Shown here: piece by piece, positions 36,631-46,653 of the stretch
How the letters are laid out: each line of letters begins with the position of its first letter
Numbering within the stretch: position 1 is the stretch's first letter
Assembly: GCA_947457885.1 (NCBI GenBank)
Contig: CANGXU010000001.1
Span: 34,471 to 98,470 of the forward strand
From: Betaproteobacteria bacterium
GTDB lineage: Bacteria; Pseudomonadota; Gammaproteobacteria; Burkholderiales; CAIKXV01
Length of the DNA stretch: 64,000 nt
Direction: 5' to 3'
The notes under the pieces: model-generated
Told to the model about the DNA's origin: nothing
The model's input: only the letters and a program-made list of their open reading frames with translations
The model's database searches: none
Position numbers and translations under genes: made by a program

Positions 36631-36667
36631 CCCTGCGGCACAATAGGCACCGACAAGAACCGCAGGG
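36631..36667 (+). terminator. GC-rich hairpin 5 nt after the otnC stop (CCCTGCGG-N21-CCGCAGGG), possible terminator or attenuator
   Basis: 8-bp perfect stem read from the sequence. There is no U-tract, so intrinsic-terminator status is uncertain. Confidence 0.25.
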
Positions 36668-36726
36668 CGCGACTGCACCGCGCCTCGGCGCCAGGGCCTG
36701 CCAGAACCGTCCTGGCCTGCACGGAG

Positions 36727-37710
36727 GTGATACACGTGAGCAGGAGATCGTCATCCATCGTTGCGCTGGCCGCCATCGGATTGTGCGGGGCCGGCAATGC
36801 CACCGCACAGCCCGCCTGGCCTGCGAAGCCAGTGCGGCTCGTGTTGCCGTTTCCGCCCGGCGGTGGCACCGACATCCTGGGCCGGACGCTGGCCCTGCGC
36901 CTCGGCGATGCGCTGGGCCAGCCGGTGCTGACCGACAATCGCCCCGGTGCTGGCGGCAACCTCGGAGCCGAGATGGTCGCCCGGTCGGCGCCGGACGGCT
37001 ATACCGCCGTGCTGGTCGCACCAGGCTTCGTGATCAGCCCGAGCATGTACCGCAAGCTCGGCTTCGATCCGTTCAAGGACTTCGAACCGGTGTCGCTGGT
37101 CGCGTGGATCCCGAACCTGCTGGCGGTGCATCCCTCGCTGCCGGTGCAGAACGTGAAGGAACTGGTCGCCTATGCGAAGGCGAACCCGGACCGGCTGAGT
37201 TACGGCTCCGGCGGCGTCGGGACGTCGAACCACCTGGGTACCGAACTGCTCGCGGTACGCACCGGCACCCGCATGGTACATGTGCCGTACAAGGGCGCGG
37301 CCACCGCGATGATGGATACCGTCGCCGGCAACGTGCACCTGATCACGATCGGCACCGGTGCCGCGCTGGCGCAGGTCAGGGCGGGCAAGCTGCGTGCGCT
37401 CGCGACGCTCACCCCGGCCCGCGTGCCGAATGCACCGGAGATCCCGACCATCGCCGAGGCGGGCTTTCCCGGGCTTGAGGTACTGACGTGGTATGGCGTG
37501 TTCCTTCCGGCGAAGACGTCGAGGCAGATCGTCGATCGCATGAATTCGGAACTTTCGCGGCTGATGTTCGAGCCTGAGGTGCGCGAGCGACTGTCGAGCA
37601 TCGGCGCCGAGCCGATGAAGAGCACGACAGCCGAGACGGCCCGGTTCATCCGCGAGGAATACAAACGCTGGGCTGAGGTGATCAAGGCCGCGAAACTGCA
37701 GATGGACTGA
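36727..37710 (+). CDS. Bug/TctC-family substrate-binding protein (paralog 3)
   Basis: GTG start at 36727 or, with better SD spacing (GGAGG-N8), at 36736. WPAKPVRLVLPFPPGGGTDILGR...NRPGAGGNLG...PYKG. Confidence 0.9.
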   Translation: MIHVSRRSSSIVALAAIGLCGAGNATAQPAWPAKPVRLVLPFPPGGGTDILGRTLALRLGDALGQPVLTDNRPGAGGNLGAEMVARSAPDGYTAVLVAPGFVISPSMYRKLGFDPFKDFEPVSLVAWIPNLLAVHPSLPVQNVKELVAYAKANPDRLSYGSGGVGTSNHLGTELLAVRTGTRMVHVPYKGAATAMMDTVAGNVHLITIGTGAALAQVRAGKLRALATLTPARVPNAPEIPTIAEAGFPGLEVLTWYGVFLPAKTSRQIVDRMNSELSRLMFEPEVRERLSSIGAEPMKSTTAETARFIREEYKRWAEVIKAAKLQMD

Positions 37711-37714
37711 TGCG

Positions 37715-38752
37715 ATGACGATACCGAGATGTGGATGGCGGGTCCCGGCGGCTGCAGGCGCATGCGGTCGGCGGCAGGGCATGGAAGTGGGCGCGGCGCT
37801 CGCGCTCGCGTGCGCGATGCTGCCGGTGGCCAGTGCTTTCGCCGCGGGCACGGTGGCGTTCCCGACGCGCCCGATGCGGATCATCGTGCCCTTCGCGCCG
37901 GGCGGTCCGACCGATGTCGCGGCGCGGGTGATCGGGCCGAAGATGAGCGATGCCTGGGGCCAGCCGGTCGTCATCGACAACCGTGTCGGTGCGGGTGGCA
38001 ACATCGGCATGGCGCTGGCCGCGAAGGCACCGCCCGACGGCCATACGGTGCTGTTCACCAGCAGTTCGGTCGTGGTCAACCAGACGCTGTTCAGCAAGCC
38101 GGGCTACGACGTGTTCAAGGATCTGGTCGCGGTGACCCGCGCAAACACCACGCCCAACATCCTGGTCGTGCATCCCTCGGTTCCCGCGAAGAACCTGACC
38201 GAACTGATCGCGCTGGTGCGGGCCAATCCGGGCAAGTACAGCTATGCATCGCCCGGGACGGGTACCACCGGCCACCTCAGTTGCGAGATGCTTCGCGTGG
38301 CGACGAAGATAGATATTCAGCATGTACCGTTCAACGGGGCGGCACCCGCGGTGACTTCCATCGTGGGTAACCAGACGCCGATCGGCTGCCTCGGCCTTCC
38401 GCCGGCACAGCCGCAGCTGAAATCGGGTGCGCTGCGCCCGATCGCGGTGACCAGTGCCCAGCGCTGGAAGCAGAACCCCGACGTGCCGACGATGGTCGAG
38501 AGTGGCTTCCCCGGCTTCGTCAACGACCTGATGACCGGCGTGTTCCTGCCGGCCGGCACGCCTGCGGCGATCGTCAACCGGCTGCAGGCCGAGATCGCCC
38601 GCATCGTGATGCTGCCCGATGTGCAGGACCGGCTCGGCCCGCTCGGATTCGAACCGGTGGCCAATACCCCGGCCCAGTTCGCACGGCAGGTGCGCGAGGA
38701 GGTCGAGATGTATGGCAAGGTCATCCGCGAGGCGAACATCAAGTCAGACTGA
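37715..38752 (+). CDS. Bug/TctC-family substrate-binding protein (paralog 4)
   Basis: ATG at 37715 (alternative 37781). FPTRPMRIIVPFAPGGPTDVAAR...NRVGAGGNIG. Begins 4 bp after paralog 3. Confidence 0.9.
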   Translation: MTIPRCGWRVPAAAGACGRRQGMEVGAALALACAMLPVASAFAAGTVAFPTRPMRIIVPFAPGGPTDVAARVIGPKMSDAWGQPVVIDNRVGAGGNIGMALAAKAPPDGHTVLFTSSSVVVNQTLFSKPGYDVFKDLVAVTRANTTPNILVVHPSVPAKNLTELIALVRANPGKYSYASPGTGTTGHLSCEMLRVATKIDIQHVPFNGAAPAVTSIVGNQTPIGCLGLPPAQPQLKSGALRPIAVTSAQRWKQNPDVPTMVESGFPGFVNDLMTGVFLPAGTPAAIVNRLQAEIARIVMLPDVQDRLGPLGFEPVANTPAQFARQVREEVEMYGKVIREANIKSD

Positions 38753-38795
38753 CCCCGGGACCCTTCGTCCCGGCGCGTCCAACGAGGAGAATGAA

Positions 38796-39803
38796 GTGAA
38801 TACGAATCGACCCGCACGTCGAGCCATCCTTGCGACCGGTGCGCTGCTGGGCGCAGCTTCCCTGATGCAGACCGCACCCGTGTTCGCGCAGGGCAAGGCT
38901 GCGGACGTGTTTCCCTCCCGGCCGGTGCGCATGATCGTTCCGTTCGCGCCCGGCGGCCCGACCGATATCGTGGCCCGACTGCTCGGACAGCGCCTGGGCG
39001 ATCTCTGGGGCCAGACCGTCCTGATCGACAACCGGGCGGGGGCCGGTGGCAACCTCGGCGTGGAAATCGCGGCCCGTGCGGCACCCGATGGCTACACCAT
39101 CCTGGTCACGAGTTCGAGCTTCGTGGTCAACCCTGCGCTGTACGAGAAGCTGCGCTGGGATCCGTTCAAGAGCTTCGTGCCGGTGACCAATGCCGCGACT
39201 TCGCCGAACCTGATCGTCGTGCACCCGTCGGTGCCGGCGAAGTCGATGAAGGACCTGGTCGCGCTGGTCAAGTCCCAGCCGGGCAAGTTCAGCTATGCGT
39301 CGCCCGGCCTGGGCACCACGCCGCAGCTGTCCTGCGAGATGCTCAAGGCGATCGCGGGCGTGGACATCCAGCACGTGCCCTACGGCGGCGCTGGCCCTGC
39401 GACCACGTCGGTGGTGGGGAACCAGAATCCCGTGGGGTGCATGGCCCAGCCGCCAGCCGTGCCGCATGTGCAGGCCGGCAAACTGCGCGCGCTCGCCATC
39501 ACCAGCGCGAAGCGCTCGGCGAGCCTCCCCGATGTACCGACCATGGTCGAGCAGGGCTTCACGAACTTCGTCACCGACAACATGAACGGCGTGTTCCTGC
39601 CTGCCGGTGCAGCGCCGGCGCTGGTCGCGCGGCTGCATGCCGACATCCTCAAGGCGCTGGCCACGCCGGACCTGCGCGAGCGCTTGCAGGCGCAAGGGCT
39701 CGAGCCGGTGGGCGACACGCCGCAGGCCTTCGCGGCCTACGTGAAGCAGCAGATCGCGCAGTGGACGAAGGTCATCAAGGACGCCGGGATCAAGGTGGAA
39801 TGA
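38796..39803 (+). CDS. Bug/TctC-family substrate-binding protein (paralog 5), twin-arginine-like signal
   Basis: GAGGAGA-N5-GTG at 38796. VNTNRPARRAILATGALLGAASL... then FPSRPVRMIVPFAPGGPTDIVAR...NRAGAGGNLG. Confidence 0.88.
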   Translation: MNTNRPARRAILATGALLGAASLMQTAPVFAQGKAADVFPSRPVRMIVPFAPGGPTDIVARLLGQRLGDLWGQTVLIDNRAGAGGNLGVEIAARAAPDGYTILVTSSSFVVNPALYEKLRWDPFKSFVPVTNAATSPNLIVVHPSVPAKSMKDLVALVKSQPGKFSYASPGLGTTPQLSCEMLKAIAGVDIQHVPYGGAGPATTSVVGNQNPVGCMAQPPAVPHVQAGKLRALAITSAKRSASLPDVPTMVEQGFTNFVTDNMNGVFLPAGAAPALVARLHADILKALATPDLRERLQAQGLEPVGDTPQAFAAYVKQQIAQWTKVIKDAGIKVE

Positions 39804-40879
39804 TGAGGCCGATCGGCCTGGGCATCATCGGCGCGGGCCGCATCGGTACCCTGCGCGCACGGCTCGCAGCGAAGCACGCTGGAGTGCGGTTCATTGCGGT
39901 TTCCGACAGCGACCCGAAGAACGCGGCGCGTACGGCGGGGCTTTGCGGTGCCGCGCTGCACGGTACCGACAACGACGCGATCATCGACCATCCCGAGGTG
40001 GACGCGGTGATCGTGTCGACGCCGGAAGGCGAGCATCTGGCGCCGGTGCTGCGCGCGATCGCGGCGGGCAAGCCGGTGCTGGTCGAGAAGCCGGTCGCAC
40101 TCACGCTTGCCGATGCTGACCGGGTGATCGCCGCGGCGCAGAAGGCTGGCACCGACCTGCGGGTCGGCTACAGCCGCCGCTACAAGGACCGCTACCTGAT
40201 CGCGCGCGAACAGATCCTGCAGGGCCGTATCGGGAAGATCCTCGGCGCCTCGGCCCGCGTGTTCAACTCGCGCGCGCAGGCGCTGGCGATGATGGGGCGC
40301 AACCCCCATGCGACGCCGGTGGTCGATGCGCTGACGTACTACGTCGACCTGATCGGCTGGTTCCTCGACGGCGAGCCGTTGCGCGAGGTGTATGCCCGCG
40401 GTCAGAAAGGGGTGCTCGCAGCTGCCGGCCATGCCGCGGACGATGTCGACTTCGCGCTGCTGACCTATGAGCGCGGCACCGTCGTCAATCTCACCGTCAG
40501 CTATGCACTCCCATCGATGTACCCGGCGCTGGGCCATGCCGCGCGTGTCGAACTGATCGGCGACCAGGGCGTGATGATCCTCGACGACGACCACACCGAC
40601 CAGCTGATGTATTCCGAGAAGGGCATGCCGCACGTGTACCTGCCCGACCATAACGTCAATATGGTGTTCCTGCAGAGCGGCACGCCCGGCGATTGGGCGC
40701 TGGGGGAGTTCTGGGGGCCGATCGCCAACGAGACGAGGGCCTGGCTGGATTTCCTCGTGCTCGGATCGCCCTGTGTGCTGCCCGATGGGCGTACCGCGCG
40801 TGCGACACTCGAAGCGACGCTGGCAATCGAAGCCTCTGTCGCTTCTGGCGGCGCGATACACCTCCCGCTGGCCGGGTGA
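39800..40879 (+). CDS. Gfo/Idh/MocA-family NAD(P)-dependent oxidoreductase
   Basis: MMRPIGLGIIGAGRIG...VSTPEGEHLAPVLRAIAAGKPVLVEKP. The start overlaps the preceding stop (ATGATGA). Confidence 0.88.
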   Translation: MMRPIGLGIIGAGRIGTLRARLAAKHAGVRFIAVSDSDPKNAARTAGLCGAALHGTDNDAIIDHPEVDAVIVSTPEGEHLAPVLRAIAAGKPVLVEKPVALTLADADRVIAAAQKAGTDLRVGYSRRYKDRYLIAREQILQGRIGKILGASARVFNSRAQALAMMGRNPHATPVVDALTYYVDLIGWFLDGEPLREVYARGQKGVLAAAGHAADDVDFALLTYERGTVVNLTVSYALPSMYPALGHAARVELIGDQGVMILDDDHTDQLMYSEKGMPHVYLPDHNVNMVFLQSGTPGDWALGEFWGPIANETRAWLDFLVLGSPCVLPDGRTARATLEATLAIEASVASGGAIHLPLAG

Positions 40880-40890
40880 ACGGGAGACGG

Positions 40891-41871
40891 ATGAAGACGA
40901 TGCATGGTGCGAAAGTTCGGATGTCGACGGCGCTCGCGGTCGCCCTGGCGGCTGCGGCGCCCGTCGCCGCACAGCCGGCCTGGCCGTCGAAGCCGGTGCG
41001 GATGATCGTCGCGTTCGTCCCCGGCGGCGGCACGGATATCGTCGCGCGCATGCTGGCACCGCGCTTCGGCGAAGCGCTGGGGCAGACGATGGTGATCGAC
41101 AACCGCGGCGGGGCTGGCGGCAATATCGGCACTGAAGTCGCCGCTCGCGCGGCCGCCGATGGCTACACGCTCCTGATGGGCAACGTGGCGCCGAACGCGA
41201 TCAACGTCAGCCTGGCGCCGGTGCCGTTCGATCCGGTCAAGGATTTCGCGCCGATCTCGCAGGTGGCGATCACGCCGAACGTGCTGGTCGTGCACCCGTC
41301 GCTGCCGGTGAAGACGGTCAAGGAACTGCTCGCGCTGGCCCGGGCGAAACCCGGGGCGCTCGCTTTCCCTTCTGCCGGCAACGGCACGTCCTCGCACCTT
41401 GCCGGAGAACTGCTGAAGAACCTGGCGAAGATCGACATGCTGCACGTTCCGTACAAGGGCGGTGGTGCGGCGCTGGCCGACCTGATGGGCGGGCAGGTAC
41501 AGTTGATGTTCGCGACCACGCCGGCGGCGATGCCGCTGGTGAAAGCCGGTCGCCTGCGCGCGATCGCAGTCACGACCCGGGCGCGTTCCCAGGCCCTGCC
41601 CGAGCTGCCGACGATGATCGAGGCCGGGGTGCCGAACTATGACGCGGCAACCTGGTACGGCCTGCTCGCGCCGGCGGCGACGCCGCGCGGGGTGATCGAC
41701 CGGATGCATGCCGAGACGGTGAAGATCATCGGTACGCCGGACATGCGCGAGAAGCTCATTGCGCAGGGGTTCGAGCCGGTGGGCAGTTCGCCGGCGGAGT
41801 TCGCTGCGTACATCCAGGCGCAGATCGAGACCTGGGCGAAGGTGATTCGGGCGGCGGGCTTGCGGTCGTAG
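40891..41871 (+). CDS. Bug/TctC-family substrate-binding protein (paralog 6)
   Basis: GGAG-N4-ATG at 40891. WPSKPVRMIVAFVPGGGTDIVAR...NRGGAGGNIG...PYKGGG. Confidence 0.9.
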   Translation: MKTMHGAKVRMSTALAVALAAAAPVAAQPAWPSKPVRMIVAFVPGGGTDIVARMLAPRFGEALGQTMVIDNRGGAGGNIGTEVAARAAADGYTLLMGNVAPNAINVSLAPVPFDPVKDFAPISQVAITPNVLVVHPSLPVKTVKELLALARAKPGALAFPSAGNGTSSHLAGELLKNLAKIDMLHVPYKGGGAALADLMGGQVQLMFATTPAAMPLVKAGRLRAIAVTTRARSQALPELPTMIEAGVPNYDAATWYGLLAPAATPRGVIDRMHAETVKIIGTPDMREKLIAQGFEPVGSSPAEFAAYIQAQIETWAKVIRAAGLRS

Positions 41872-41900
41872 CGGCATGCTTCGGCTGCTTGTCGGCATGC
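41872..41900. terminator. Hairpin GGCATGC-N15-GCATGCC between convergent genes
   Basis: 7-bp stem followed by TT, located between the TctC paralog 6 stop and the DUF1993 stop. Weak. Confidence 0.25.
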
Positions 41901-41960
41901 CTTGCATGCGGAGGTTCGGTGGCCCGCCAGCCGGAACCGATCAGCAAGGCACGCCGCCTG

Positions 41961-42467
41961 TCAGCCCCTCCCGATGAAGTCGCCCTTGCCGATCGCCAGC
42001 CCGTTGTGCCGCAGCAGGTTGTACGCGGTCGTGTAGTGGAAGTAGAAGTTCGGCAGGATGAAGCCGAGCAGGTAGGCCTGGCCTTTCATGTCGATCGGGT
42101 ACTTGCCCATCATGTACGACACCTGCCGCTCTTCGCTGCCGTCGATCTGCGCGGCAGTGAAGGTGTCGATGTAGGCGATGGTCTTCTCCACGCGAGCCTT
42201 CAGGTCGGCGAACGACTGCTCGGTGTCGTCGAACTTCGGCGGCTCGGCGCCGGCGAGGCGGCCGATGCCGGCTTTCGCGAAGTCGGCCGCGACCTGAACC
42301 TGCCGGGTGAAGGTGAACATGTCGGGGAACAGCCTGGCCTGCAGCATCGCCGGCTCGGTGATGTTGCTGGCGGCGCAGTGCGCGGCTGCCTTGTCGAGGA
42401 TCGCTGCGAGGTTGGCGAGGCTGCGCTTGAAGACGGGGGCCGAGGCGGCGTACATCGAGATCGTCAT
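41961..42467 (-). CDS. DUF1993-family protein
   Basis: AGGAGA-N6-ATG at 42467. MTISMYAASAPVFKRSLANL...PNFYFHYTTAYNLLRHNG. The ORF-track start at 43061 is spurious. Confidence 0.8.
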   Translation of the reverse strand: MTISMYAASAPVFKRSLANLAAILDKAAAHCAASNITEPAMLQARLFPDMFTFTRQVQVAADFAKAGIGRLAGAEPPKFDDTEQSFADLKARVEKTIAYIDTFTAAQIDGSEERQVSYMMGKYPIDMKGQAYLLGFILPNFYFHYTTAYNLLRHNGLAIGKGDFIGRG

Positions 42468-42611
42468 GCGTATGTCTCCTGTGGTTGAAACGGGCTGGCC
42501 CGCAGGCGCGGTGGCTGGCTGCGGGCGAATAGTTCCCTGGCCGAGTATAGGCGCGTGGCTGCGGCACAGCCGCGAGCGCACGCGGGCCATGCCGGTTGCT
42601 ATCATCGCGCG

Positions 42612-43460
42612 ATGAGTGATGTCATCCAGATCACGTCGCGGGCGAACCCGACGTTCCAGCGGTTGCGGCGGCTGGCCACCGAACCGCGCGAGCGCACTCG
42701 TTGCAACCGAACGCTGCTCGAAGGCGATCACCTGATCGGGGCCTGGCTCGAGCGGGACCATCCGGTGGCTACCCTGGCGGTCGATGCGGCCGCGATCGAG
42801 CTGCCCGCGCGCTGGCCCGGCGTGACCCGTGCACTCGACGACGCGCGTGCCCGGCACATCGAGATACTCGCGTTTCCGGCCTCGCTGCTGGACCAGTTGT
42901 CGGGCCTCGACTCGCCATCCAGGCTGGTGGCCGAGATCATGCCGCGCGAGGGCGACCTCGATGCGATGCGCGGGCAGGATGTGGTGCTGCTCGACCGCAT
43001 CCAGGACCCTGGCAACGTCGGTGCAATCCTGCGCACCTGTGCCGCCGCTGGCGTAGGCCACGCGGTGGCCGGGCCCGGTACTGCGGCGTTGTGGTCACCA
43101 AAGGTGATGCGCGCCGCGATGGGTGCACATGCGCTGCTCAACCTCGCCAGCGTCGACGACCTGGCGCGATGCTGCCACTCGCTGGGTGTGCCGGTCTACG
43201 GGACCTCTTCGCATGCGATGGTCACGCTCGACTCGGTCGACCTGCAGTCGCGCTGCGCCTGGGTGTTCGGCCACGAGGGTGCCGGGCTCGGGGAGGCTGT
43301 CGAAGCCGCGATAGCCGAGTGCGGCGCGCTGGTGGCGATCGACCAGGCCCCCGACGTGGAATCCCTGAACGTCGCCGCTGCGGCTGCGGTCTGCCTGTTC
43401 GAGACGCGGCGCCAGCGGCGTGCCTCGGCCAGCAGCGGCCCGGGCTCCGGCGACTGCTAG
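42612..43460 (+). CDS. TrmH/SpoU-family RNA 2'-O-methyltransferase
   Basis: LLDRIQDPGNVGAILRTCAAAG...VFGHEGAGL...IDQAPDVESLNVAAAAAVCLFE (SPOUT knot motifs). Confidence 0.88.
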   Translation: MSDVIQITSRANPTFQRLRRLATEPRERTRCNRTLLEGDHLIGAWLERDHPVATLAVDAAAIELPARWPGVTRALDDARARHIEILAFPASLLDQLSGLDSPSRLVAEIMPREGDLDAMRGQDVVLLDRIQDPGNVGAILRTCAAAGVGHAVAGPGTAALWSPKVMRAAMGAHALLNLASVDDLARCCHSLGVPVYGTSSHAMVTLDSVDLQSRCAWVFGHEGAGLGEAVEAAIAECGALVAIDQAPDVESLNVAAAAAVCLFETRRQRRASASSGPGSGDC

Positions 43461-43490
43461 GCCCGATCAACCCTGGACGGAACGAACGCC

Positions 43491-44654
43491 ATGCGTATCA
43501 CCGACATCCGAGAAGTAGCCGTGCCGCTCAACTCCAGTCTTCGAAATGCGGTGTTCGACTTCAGCGAGATGACCACCTCTGTGGTCGCCGTGTACACCGA
43601 CCAGGTGCGCGACGGCCGGGCGGTGGTCGGCTATTCCTTCAACTCCACCGGCCGCTACGCGTGCGGGGCGCAGATGCGCGAGCGGTTCATCCCGCGCATC
43701 CTGAAGGCAGCCCCCGAGTCGCTGCTCGACGCCTGCGGCGGCAACATCGATCCAGGGAAGGTGCTCGCCGCGATGATGCAGCGCGAGAAGCCCGGTGGCC
43801 ATACCGAACGGTCGGTCGCGATCGGTACCATCGAAGTCGCGGTCTGGGATGCCGTCGCCAAGATCGAATGCAAGCCGCTGCACCGGGTGCTTTCCGAGCG
43901 CTACAGCGGTGGTATCGGGCTGGAGAAGATTCCGTGCTATGTCGGCGGCGGCTGGTACGAGCCCGGCAAGGGAATCCCCGAGCTGCTGGACGAGATCCGC
44001 ATGAAGTTCGGCCAGGGCTACGACGTGATGAAGATCAAGGTCGGCGGTGCCTCGCTCGAAGAAGACATCCGCAGGGTCGAGGCGGCGCTGGAACTGGTCG
44101 GCGACTCGCAGCGGCTCGCGGTCGACGCCAATGCCGGCTTCGACCGGGCCCGCTCCCTCGCCTATGCAAAGGCACTCGGCCGCTACCAGCTCAAGTGGTT
44201 CGAGGAGCCGACCGATCCGCTCGATTACGCGCTGCTGTCCGAGTTCTCCGGCACCTACGGCGCGGCGATCGGCACGGGCGAGAACCTCTTCTCGACGCAG
44301 GACATCGAGAACCTGATCCGCTTCGGCGGGCTGCAGCCGACGCGCGACTTCATCCAGATCGACGTGCCCCAGAGCTATGGCATCGTGCAGTTCGCGCGCA
44401 CCCTCGAGATGATGAAGCGGCACGGCTGGGACCGTAGCAGGGTGTTCCCGCACGGCGGCAACCAGATGACGCTGCATATCGTCGGCGGCTTCGGGCTGGG
44501 TGGCTGCGAAGCCTATCCCGGGGTGTTCGGTGCGTTCGCCGGTTTCGCCGATGATGCGCAGGTCGAGGCCGGCTGGTTGCGTCTGCCCGATCGCCCCGGC
44601 ATCGGCTTCGAGGCGCAGGATGCGCTCTACGCGATCATGAAGGCGATGGGCTGA
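43491..44654 (+). CDS. Enolase-superfamily (mandelate racemase subgroup) acid-sugar dehydratase, D-tartrate-dehydratase-like
   Basis: MKIKVGG, LAVDANAGF, WFEEPTDPLDY, GTGENLFS and PHGGNQMTLH are metal and acid/base ligand motifs. The overall pattern recalls the Bradyrhizobium D-tartrate dehydratase as I remember it. Confidence 0.8.
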   Translation: MRITDIREVAVPLNSSLRNAVFDFSEMTTSVVAVYTDQVRDGRAVVGYSFNSTGRYACGAQMRERFIPRILKAAPESLLDACGGNIDPGKVLAAMMQREKPGGHTERSVAIGTIEVAVWDAVAKIECKPLHRVLSERYSGGIGLEKIPCYVGGGWYEPGKGIPELLDEIRMKFGQGYDVMKIKVGGASLEEDIRRVEAALELVGDSQRLAVDANAGFDRARSLAYAKALGRYQLKWFEEPTDPLDYALLSEFSGTYGAAIGTGENLFSTQDIENLIRFGGLQPTRDFIQIDVPQSYGIVQFARTLEMMKRHGWDRSRVFPHGGNQMTLHIVGGFGLGGCEAYPGVFGAFAGFADDAQVEAGWLRLPDRPGIGFEAQDALYAIMKAMG

Positions 44655-44661
44655 GCATGCG

Positions 44662-45579
44662 TCAGTCGCCCTCGAGCAGCCCGAGGTAGCGGTCGATCGC
44701 GGTATGGTGGACGGAGGTGTCCTTCGTCGCACCGAGCTTCTGCTCGGCCTCGTTCCATACGCGTACCACCGTCTCGGCGAGAGCGGTCTGCATGCCGGTG
44801 GCGTCCGCCACTTCGAGCGCGGTGCGCAGGTCCTTGGCCATCAGCGCGAGACCGAAGCCGTCGGCATACGTGCCGGAAAGCACGAACGGCTTCATCTTGA
44901 CCAGCGTGCTGTTGTTCACGCCGGTCGAGGCGTTGATGATGTCGACCATCGTCGCGGGGTCGAGCCCGAAACGCGAGCCCGCGCGCACGGCCTCGCATGC
45001 AGCAAGGAGACCGGCGGCGGAGACGTAGTTGTTCAGCGCCTTGATCGCGTGGCCGGCGCCGAGGCCGCCGGCCACCATCGGCTTGCCCATCGGCGCGAAT
45101 ACCGGGCGCATCGCCTCGATTGCCGTGGCATCGCCGCCGACCATGATCGCCAGCGTGCCGTCCATCGCACGGCGCACGCCGCCCGACACCGGCGCGTCGA
45201 TGAATCGGATATCCATCTTCGCCAGCCGCTCTCCCAGCTCGCGCGTGCCCACCGGCGAGGACGAACTCATGTCGATCACGGTCGACCCCTTCTTCAGCGA
45301 ACTCGCGACCCCGCCGGTGCCGTCACCGGCTTCGCCGAGCAGCACCCGCTGCACCGTCCCGCCGTCGGGCAGCATCGTGATCACGACGTCGCAGGCGGCG
45401 CCGAGCGCCCCGGGCGAGCTGGCTGCCACCTGCCCGAGTTCCTTCGCCAGCGATTCGGTGAGCACGCGGTCGATGTCGAGAAGCAGCAGCCGGTGGCCTG
45501 CGCCCGACAGGCGGGTGGTCATCGGCCTGCCCATGTTGCCGAGGCCGATGAATCCGATCGTGAATTTTCCGTCCGTCAT
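44662..45579 (-). CDS. Beta-hydroxyacid dehydrogenase (3-hydroxyisobutyrate / tartronate-semialdehyde reductase / L-threonate DH family)
   Basis: IGFIGLGNMGRPM, FIDAPVSGG and GAGHAIKALNN signature motifs. Confidence 0.9.
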   Translation of the reverse strand: MTDGKFTIGFIGLGNMGRPMTTRLSGAGHRLLLLDIDRVLTESLAKELGQVAASSPGALGAACDVVITMLPDGGTVQRVLLGEAGDGTGGVASSLKKGSTVIDMSSSSPVGTRELGERLAKMDIRFIDAPVSGGVRRAMDGTLAIMVGGDATAIEAMRPVFAPMGKPMVAGGLGAGHAIKALNNYVSAAGLLAACEAVRAGSRFGLDPATMVDIINASTGVNNSTLVKMKPFVLSGTYADGFGLALMAKDLRTALEVADATGMQTALAETVVRVWNEAEQKLGATKDTSVHHTAIDRYLGLLEGD

Positions 45580-45597
45580 GAGTCCTCCAGATGCAGT

Positions 45598-46557
45598 TCA
45601 GCCGATCGGCAGTTCCGTGCCGATTCCGTTCGCGGCTGCGAGGTCGAGTACCCGGCGCCCGGTGTACAGGTCCTGCAGCGCCATGCCGTGCGATTCGTAC
45701 AGTGTCACCTGCTCGGGCGACGTGCGTCCCTGGCGGCGCCCGATGATCACGTCGCCCAGTGTCGGGATGTTCTCCCAGTAGACGATGCCAGCCTCCACCC
45801 CGGCGAGCAGGTCGCCGCATTCGCCGGCGGCCACCTCGACCGAGTCGACCACGATCAGGTCTGCGCGCTTGACGCTGGCGAGGTCGATTTCCCGGCGGTT
45901 CAGTGCATTGGCGCCGGTCGCGGCGATGAACTGGCCCGGCTCGAGCCAGCGTCCGTCGAACAGCGGTTCGTCCGACCGGGTCATGGTCACGATGATGTCT
46001 GACCCGCGCACCGTCTCTTCGCGCGAGGCAGCCGGCCGCACGGTGGTTCCGACTTTCGCCGACAGCTCTTCGCAGAATGCCTTCACCCGGTCTGCGCTGC
46101 GGCCGAACACCTTCACCTCGCGGATGTCGCGCACCGCACAGACGGCTTCGAGCTGGGTCACCGCATGCCGGCCCGACCCGAACAGCCCGACCACGGACGA
46201 TTCCGGGCGCGACAGGTATCTGGCCGCGACGCCGGTTGCCGCGCCGGTTCGCATCTGACCCATCCAGTTCGCTTCGAGGATCGCCTCGAGGTTGCCCTGC
46301 GCATGGTTGATCAGGTGGACGAGGAACGTGCGGGAGCGATCGGGCCGGACGTAGTAGGCCTTGTAGCCGATCGTGTTGATCTCCGGTGCCGCGCCCTGCA
46401 CGATGTGCAGGTGCCCGCCGGGCTGTCGTGTGCGCCGGCGGGGAATGTCGAAGGCCTTGCCGTGCGCGCGATCGATGAACGCCTGTTCGACGCGCTCGAT
46501 CGCCATCGGCATCGTCAGTACCGACCGGATGTCGGCTTCGCTGAGGTATCGGACCAT
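45598..46557 (-). CDS. Ornithine cyclodeaminase / mu-crystallin family protein
   Basis: GAGGAG SD then ATG at 46557 (MVRYLSEADIRSVL). MRTGAATGVAARYL and GLFGSGRHA are present. The 744-aa track ORF is an artefactual 5' extension. Confidence 0.88.
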   Translation of the reverse strand: MVRYLSEADIRSVLTMPMAIERVEQAFIDRAHGKAFDIPRRRTRQPGGHLHIVQGAAPEINTIGYKAYYVRPDRSRTFLVHLINHAQGNLEAILEANWMGQMRTGAATGVAARYLSRPESSVVGLFGSGRHAVTQLEAVCAVRDIREVKVFGRSADRVKAFCEELSAKVGTTVRPAASREETVRGSDIIVTMTRSDEPLFDGRWLEPGQFIAATGANALNRREIDLASVKRADLIVVDSVEVAAGECGDLLAGVEAGIVYWENIPTLGDVIIGRRQGRTSPEQVTLYESHGMALQDLYTGRRVLDLAAANGIGTELPIG

Positions 46558-46653
46558 GGGATTCTCCTCGTTGCGCGCACGATACCATCGGTGCGGCAAT
46601 CCACTAAACTCGGGCATGCTCAGCGCTTCCATCCAACCCGCTTCGCACGACGC

